Source of the DNA: an uncultured virus (IMG/VR IMGVR_UViG_3300021255_003627)
Taxonomy: Duplodnaviria > Heunggongvirae > Uroviricota > Caudoviricetes
Strand: one strand, 5' to 3'
Length of the DNA: 64,000 bases
IMG/VR virus record: IMGVR_UViG_3300021255_003627
Position 1 is the first letter of the stretch, and the number at the start of each line of letters is the position of its first letter. The position numbers and the translations under genes were made by a program. A model generated the notes under the pieces. It had not been told where the DNA came from and ran no database searches. It worked only from the letters and a program-made list of their open reading frames with translations. Shown here one piece after another: positions 60,164 through 64,000 of the stretch.

Positions 60164-60952
60164 AATCATTACGTTGAATATGATGTAAACGAAGAGTTAG
60201 GAAAATATTGTATTTGTGTGCATTGTGGTTCTAGAAACTTGGGTCAAAAGGTCTTTAAGTATTGGGATAAGATTGCAAAAACCATGTGCATTTCAAAGGA
60301 TGAAATGAGGGCAATTACTGATGGGGTGAAGGCGACAGTGAAAGATAAGACCATCCTTTCGAAAGCAATAAAGGAAGCAAGGGAGGAATATCTTAAGGGT
60401 AGGATACCAAACTTCTTAAATGGGGAAAACATGTACAAGTACTTGATGGATGTGGCAGTTGCCCAAACATATGCAAGAATTAATCACGAGACGATTCAAG
60501 AACAAATATCAGAAATTTATATGTTTTTGTCGAAGGGTGCAAAGGTTGTAGATAAAATCTACACCACCCACAATTATGTTGACTTAGGTGATATGGTTCT
60601 GAGAAAAGGCGCAGTTCGTTCATATATCGGAGAGAGGCTGATTATTCCTTTTAACATGCGAGATGGTATAGGAATATTTGAGGGAAAATCAAATGAGGAT
60701 TGGAACTGTACAGCCCCGCATGGATGTGGAAGGCTTTACAGCAGAAGTAAGGCAAAAGAGCAGCTTAGCGTGGAAAACTTTAAGACAGAAATGGCTGCGG
60801 CTGGAATATACACAACCACAGCAGATGCCTCCACTTTGGATGAGGCACCTCAAGCCTACAAGTCTTATGAAGAGATTTTGGAGTTGATTGAGCCTACAGT
60901 TAATGTGCTCTATCTGATGAAACCAAAAATCAATATCAAGGCATCGGAATAG
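60164..60952 (+). CDS. rtcB: RtcB RNA ligase, exon 2
   Basis: NHYVE, VHCGSRNLG, HNYV, RKGA, PHGCGR and DEAPQAYK; spliced product 441 aa. Confidence 0.9.
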   Translation, partial: NHYVEYDVNEELGKYCICVHCGSRNLGQKVFKYWDKIAKTMCISKDEMRAITDGVKATVKDKTILSKAIKEAREEYLKGRIPNFLNGENMYKYLMDVAVAQTYARINHETIQEQISEIYMFLSKGAKVVDKIYTTHNYVDLGDMVLRKGAVRSYIGERLIIPFNMRDGIGIFEGKSNEDWNCTAPHGCGRLYSRSKAKEQLSVENFKTEMAAAGIYTTTADASTLDEAPQAYKSYEEILELIEPTVNVLYLMKPKINIKASE

Positions 60953-61430
60953 TGCCATCGATTTTCTCTTTTAAGAAATGTGTGAAATATGGCTTTGGTT
61001 TTGATTGGTAATACTCTTTCGCCCATTGGCGTTTTGTTTTAAGTGGTATCCCCTCTAGTTCTTTCCATAGCCATACGCTACCATTTTTACAATAATCCCA
61101 ATTGTCTTGTTGTAGGTATGCCTCCATTTCCATAGGTTCAAACTTGTATGGGGCATAAATGTCAACAAATATAAGTGGTAGGTTTTTTATCCATTCCCAT
61201 ACATATGTGACATAAAATCTAAACCAAGAGTCTTTTGTAGACTCTGCTTGTCTTATATGTATGGTCTCATGCGATTTTAGTTGAGAGTCAATCTCGTCGC
61301 TTTTGTTAAGGTCGTCTGCGTCATTCTTTGTCTTGCAGTACGCATAACCTTTCCAAACAAAACACTTGAAATTTGGTGGCAATATCCATGCTTTTTTGCC
61401 TTTGACACATTTGAATTCGCTAGGTTTCAT
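60936..61430 (-). CDS. HExxH zincin-like protein
   Basis: HETIHIRQ...EMEAY; start MKPSEF after TATTTAT at 61442(-). Confidence 0.6.
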   Translation of the reverse strand: MKPSEFKCVKGKKAWILPPNFKCFVWKGYAYCKTKNDADDLNKSDEIDSQLKSHETIHIRQAESTKDSWFRFYVTYVWEWIKNLPLIFVDIYAPYKFEPMEMEAYLQQDNWDYCKNGSVWLWKELEGIPLKTKRQWAKEYYQSKPKPYFTHFLKEKIDGTIPMP

Positions 61431-61498
61431 GTTTTTTTGAGATAAATATTTTGTTTTTTCCAATTTTTTACATATATTTGCACTAAATTAAACCATAA

Positions 61499-61762
61499 AT
61501 GGATTTGGAGAGTGTAAAAAACCATATTGGGGTGAATGAAGTTTCATATGGGAACATTTCAGCGAGCGAACTTGTCAGCATATGTTCACACGTCCACGTT
61601 GGCCTTGAAATCGATAAAGGTTCTCTCGACTATTTTTATGAAATAGATGTCGAAGAGATTTTGGAATCTGACATAACGACTGAAGATTTGGCATTGATGC
61701 AAAGTCAAGGTTGGGCATTTAATGAAAACAAGACGAAAATAATACTTTTTTTGAAAACATAA
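61499..61762 (+). CDS. Hypothetical protein
   Basis: 87-aa ORF after a -7 promoter. Confidence 0.55.
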   Translation: MDLESVKNHIGVNEVSYGNISASELVSICSHVHVGLEIDKGSLDYFYEIDVEEILESDITTEDLALMQSQGWAFNENKTKIILFLKT

Positions 61763-61767
61763 AAATC

Positions 61768-62178
61768 ATGATTTATTCTGAAGTAATTGGTCGGCTAGGT
61801 GCTGACTCTGAATTGAAAACATCAAAAAACGGAAACAAGTTTGTATCCATGAGAGTGGCCACAAATGACTATGTAAACAACGAGAACGTGACCACGTGGG
61901 TAAATGTTATGTGGAGTGGCGATAGGGCCGTAAAAATGCAAGAACACCTAAAAAAGGGTAACTCGGTAAGTGTTCGCGGAGTGCTTAGAACCACTATGTA
62001 CAAGACGAGGAACAATGAGGATGCCGTGTCGCTTGACATTTTTGCCGATAGGGTTGATTTTGTTGGCGGCGGAAGTGGAAACACACAGTCGAATGCAGAA
62101 TCTGAGGCACCAAAGACGAACACAAAGGCTGAGGTTGCCGATACGAGTACGACTACTGTTGACGATTTACCATTCTAA
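61768..62178 (+). CDS. ssb: Single-stranded DNA-binding protein
   Basis: VIGRLGAD, HLKKGNSVSVRG and acidic tail DDLPF. Confidence 0.93.
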   Translation: MIYSEVIGRLGADSELKTSKNGNKFVSMRVATNDYVNNENVTTWVNVMWSGDRAVKMQEHLKKGNSVSVRGVLRTTMYKTRNNEDAVSLDIFADRVDFVGGGSGNTQSNAESEAPKTNTKAEVADTSTTTVDDLPF

Positions 62179-62401
62179 AGGAGAAGAGGTATTCTCATCC
62201 TTTCATAGACCAAGTTGTTAAGTACTTAATCGTACCCAAATCAATTGATAGTTTCTCCAAGCCGTTTTGCGACTTGGAGAGATTTGTATGTGGCCGAGGA
62301 ATTGCGACACCAAATGTCTAAAAAAAGTTAAAAGATTTTGCCAACTAATCTTTTTTCCATATATTTGCAAGGAAACATTTACAATAAACATAAAAGCAAA
62401 T

Positions 62402-63637
62402 ATGAGTAAAGAAATGCAAATGGAGTTCGTTAAGACAGTGTCCAATGAAAATGAACCGACAATGACACATGAAGTACATGAAGGAACACAGATAACAGAA
62501 GCGCCTAAAACAACTAGTGTGCGAGTGTTAGGCGATGATGGCTCGGTTAACGTCGCTTCCCTAACCACAGACAAGCGAGCATATTACCACGAGATTAGTA
62601 AAGTTCTTGATGAAAAGGACTTGACTTCTGTAACAACCTATGGCTCTGACTTGCAACGCGCAATGGGCAACTACTCAAATGTTTTCCTAAAGCAATCGTT
62701 TAATTCCGAAAACGGGGTTGAAACAACACAACTGATTTCAAATTTGCTCGGTGAGTTGCATGAGGTCAACATTGACGACCTTGAGGCACCGAACGCTTGG
62801 AAAAGGTTCTTGGCTAAGGTTCCAGGTGTTAGGAAACTTATAGTGAGCGTTGAGCAAATCAAGGCGAAATATAACACCATTGAGAAGAATATTGATTCAA
62901 TTGTTGGTAAACTTGAGGCTAGCCGTCAGATTGCGTTACGAGACAACAACCTATTGCAGAAACAGTTTGAGGACAACTGTGATTACGTTGACCAACTCGA
63001 AGACCTCATTGTTGCTGGAAAAATTAAATCCGAGGAACTAGGTGCAAGAATCGGAAGCATGAAAGCGAACCGAGACTTGCATGAGGACTATGAGATTGGT
63101 GACATTGAGGAGTATAAAAATTCGCTCGACAAGCGTTTGAACGATTTGTGCCTCCTTCGTCATGCATTCAAACAGTCGCTAACGCAAATCCGCATCATTC
63201 AGCGGACAAACATGATGAATGCCAACAATACCGAGACACAGATTGCAATGACAATTCCAGTATGGAAAAACCAATTGTCCCTCGCAGTTGCTCTGTATGA
63301 CCAAAAAAAGGCACTTGAAGTTTCAAGTAAAGTTTCAGAAACAACAAATAAGATACTTCTTAAAAACAGCGAGATGATGAAGACCCAAGCCATTGAGGTG
63401 GCAAAACAATCTCAGCGTTCCGTCATCGACATTGACACATTGCGCAAGACCACACAAGACCTTCTTGAAACGGTCGAGGGTGTTCAGCGAGCAAATGAGG
63501 AAGGTGCTAAGAGACGTGCAGAGGCTGAGGTGGAACTCAGAAGGCTTGAACACGAAATGACCAAGTCGGCAGTAGGCGTCAATAATACGACGCAACGCAT
63601 TGTTGCCAAGGAACTTAAGAGAATAGAGCAACATTAA
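62402..63637 (+). CDS. Toxic anion resistance protein (TelA/KlaB family)
   Basis: YGSDLQ, IDSIVGKL, QIRIIQRTN, TIPVWKNQL and VIDIDTL; coiled coil. Confidence 0.85.
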   Translation: MSKEMQMEFVKTVSNENEPTMTHEVHEGTQITEAPKTTSVRVLGDDGSVNVASLTTDKRAYYHEISKVLDEKDLTSVTTYGSDLQRAMGNYSNVFLKQSFNSENGVETTQLISNLLGELHEVNIDDLEAPNAWKRFLAKVPGVRKLIVSVEQIKAKYNTIEKNIDSIVGKLEASRQIALRDNNLLQKQFEDNCDYVDQLEDLIVAGKIKSEELGARIGSMKANRDLHEDYEIGDIEEYKNSLDKRLNDLCLLRHAFKQSLTQIRIIQRTNMMNANNTETQIAMTIPVWKNQLSLAVALYDQKKALEVSSKVSETTNKILLKNSEMMKTQAIEVAKQSQRSVIDIDTLRKTTQDLLETVEGVQRANEEGAKRRAEAEVELRRLEHEMTKSAVGVNNTTQRIVAKELKRIEQH

Positions 63638-63673
63638 AAACGATATTGAAACATTTAACACTGTTTGTTTAGT

Positions 63674-64000
63674 ATGATGACTTCAGAATTGGCACCTCCG
63701 CGTGGTGTTAAATATATGACCTTCACACCTCCAAGGAGAGCGAGGGTGTATTTAGCCGACAGTCAAATCGAATTGGTTGACCACACTAATATGGGGGTGG
63801 TAAATGAAGATGTAGATGGCACCGTCATGTTTAAGGTTGGCGACTATTATACCCTATCTAATGTTGCTTGTGATGGGTTTGAGGGTAAGACTAAAACATA
63901 TGAGTTGGTCGCAATTGTCGACAAGTTTTACGACGTCGACATTGACTCAGTCGTGGTAAAACAAGTTGACGGGGATAAAGGAACTGTTTTCACACTATCG
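63674..64000 (+). CDS. Hypothetical protein (3'-truncated)
   Basis: MMTSELAPPRGVKY..., open to the window end. Confidence 0.5.
   Translation, partial: MMTSELAPPRGVKYMTFTPPRRARVYLADSQIELVDHTNMGVVNEDVDGTVMFKVGDYYTLSNVACDGFEGKTKTYELVAIVDKFYDVDIDSVVVKQVDGDKGTVFTLS

Noticed and set aside
41650..62401. Upstream TTG/GTG starts for ORFs at 41650, 50768, 54071, 58701 and 62267
   Set aside because: They run through promoter motifs or upstream ORFs; downstream ATGs with A-rich leaders were preferred.
231..63661. Short antisense or alternate-frame ORFs in the ORF track
   Set aside because: They are shadows of long genes, with no motifs or leaders of their own.
1..64000. Alternative genetic code (TAG=Gln, as in Lak megaphages)
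   Set aside because: Genes are long and intact in code 11, and TAG ends genes at natural positions (e.g. 12843, 17313, 42573, 57277, 60952).

Overview
64 kb of a large (jumbo/huge) dsDNA phage genome in standard genetic code. The host is most likely Bacteroidota (Prevotella/Bacteroides-like): 13 copies of the TAnnTTTG -7 promoter, A-rich leaders without Shine-Dalgarno, and host-like LRR genes. 1-17.9 kb: giant co-oriented genes, probably virion/baseplate, with a deleted homing-endonuclease remnant. 18-32 kb: Mre11, Rad50, primase, RuvC, sigma-70, amidase, HslV-like and ClpP proteases, and late genes sharing an N-terminal 'LTExEL...ESV++VLxE' leader. 32.5-41.5 kb: tail fibres, an S74-chaperoned spike and two BspA-type LRR proteins. 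41.7-64 kb: early genes including DnaK/DnaJ, a macrodomain, IF3, a second sigma factor, and an RNA repair/translation cluster (TROVE/vWA-like, TyrRS, OB-fused RNA ligase, RtcB), then SSB and TelA. Best-supported novelty: rtcB is split inside its GGG|NH active-site motif by a 908-nt group I intron (59256-60163). Its LAGLIDADG ORF is looped out by a perfect 16-bp stem and sits behind a late promoter in a hairpin. No tRNAs, rRNA, CRISPR array or reverse transcriptase were recognised. All functional calls are from motif recognition by eye, not database searches.
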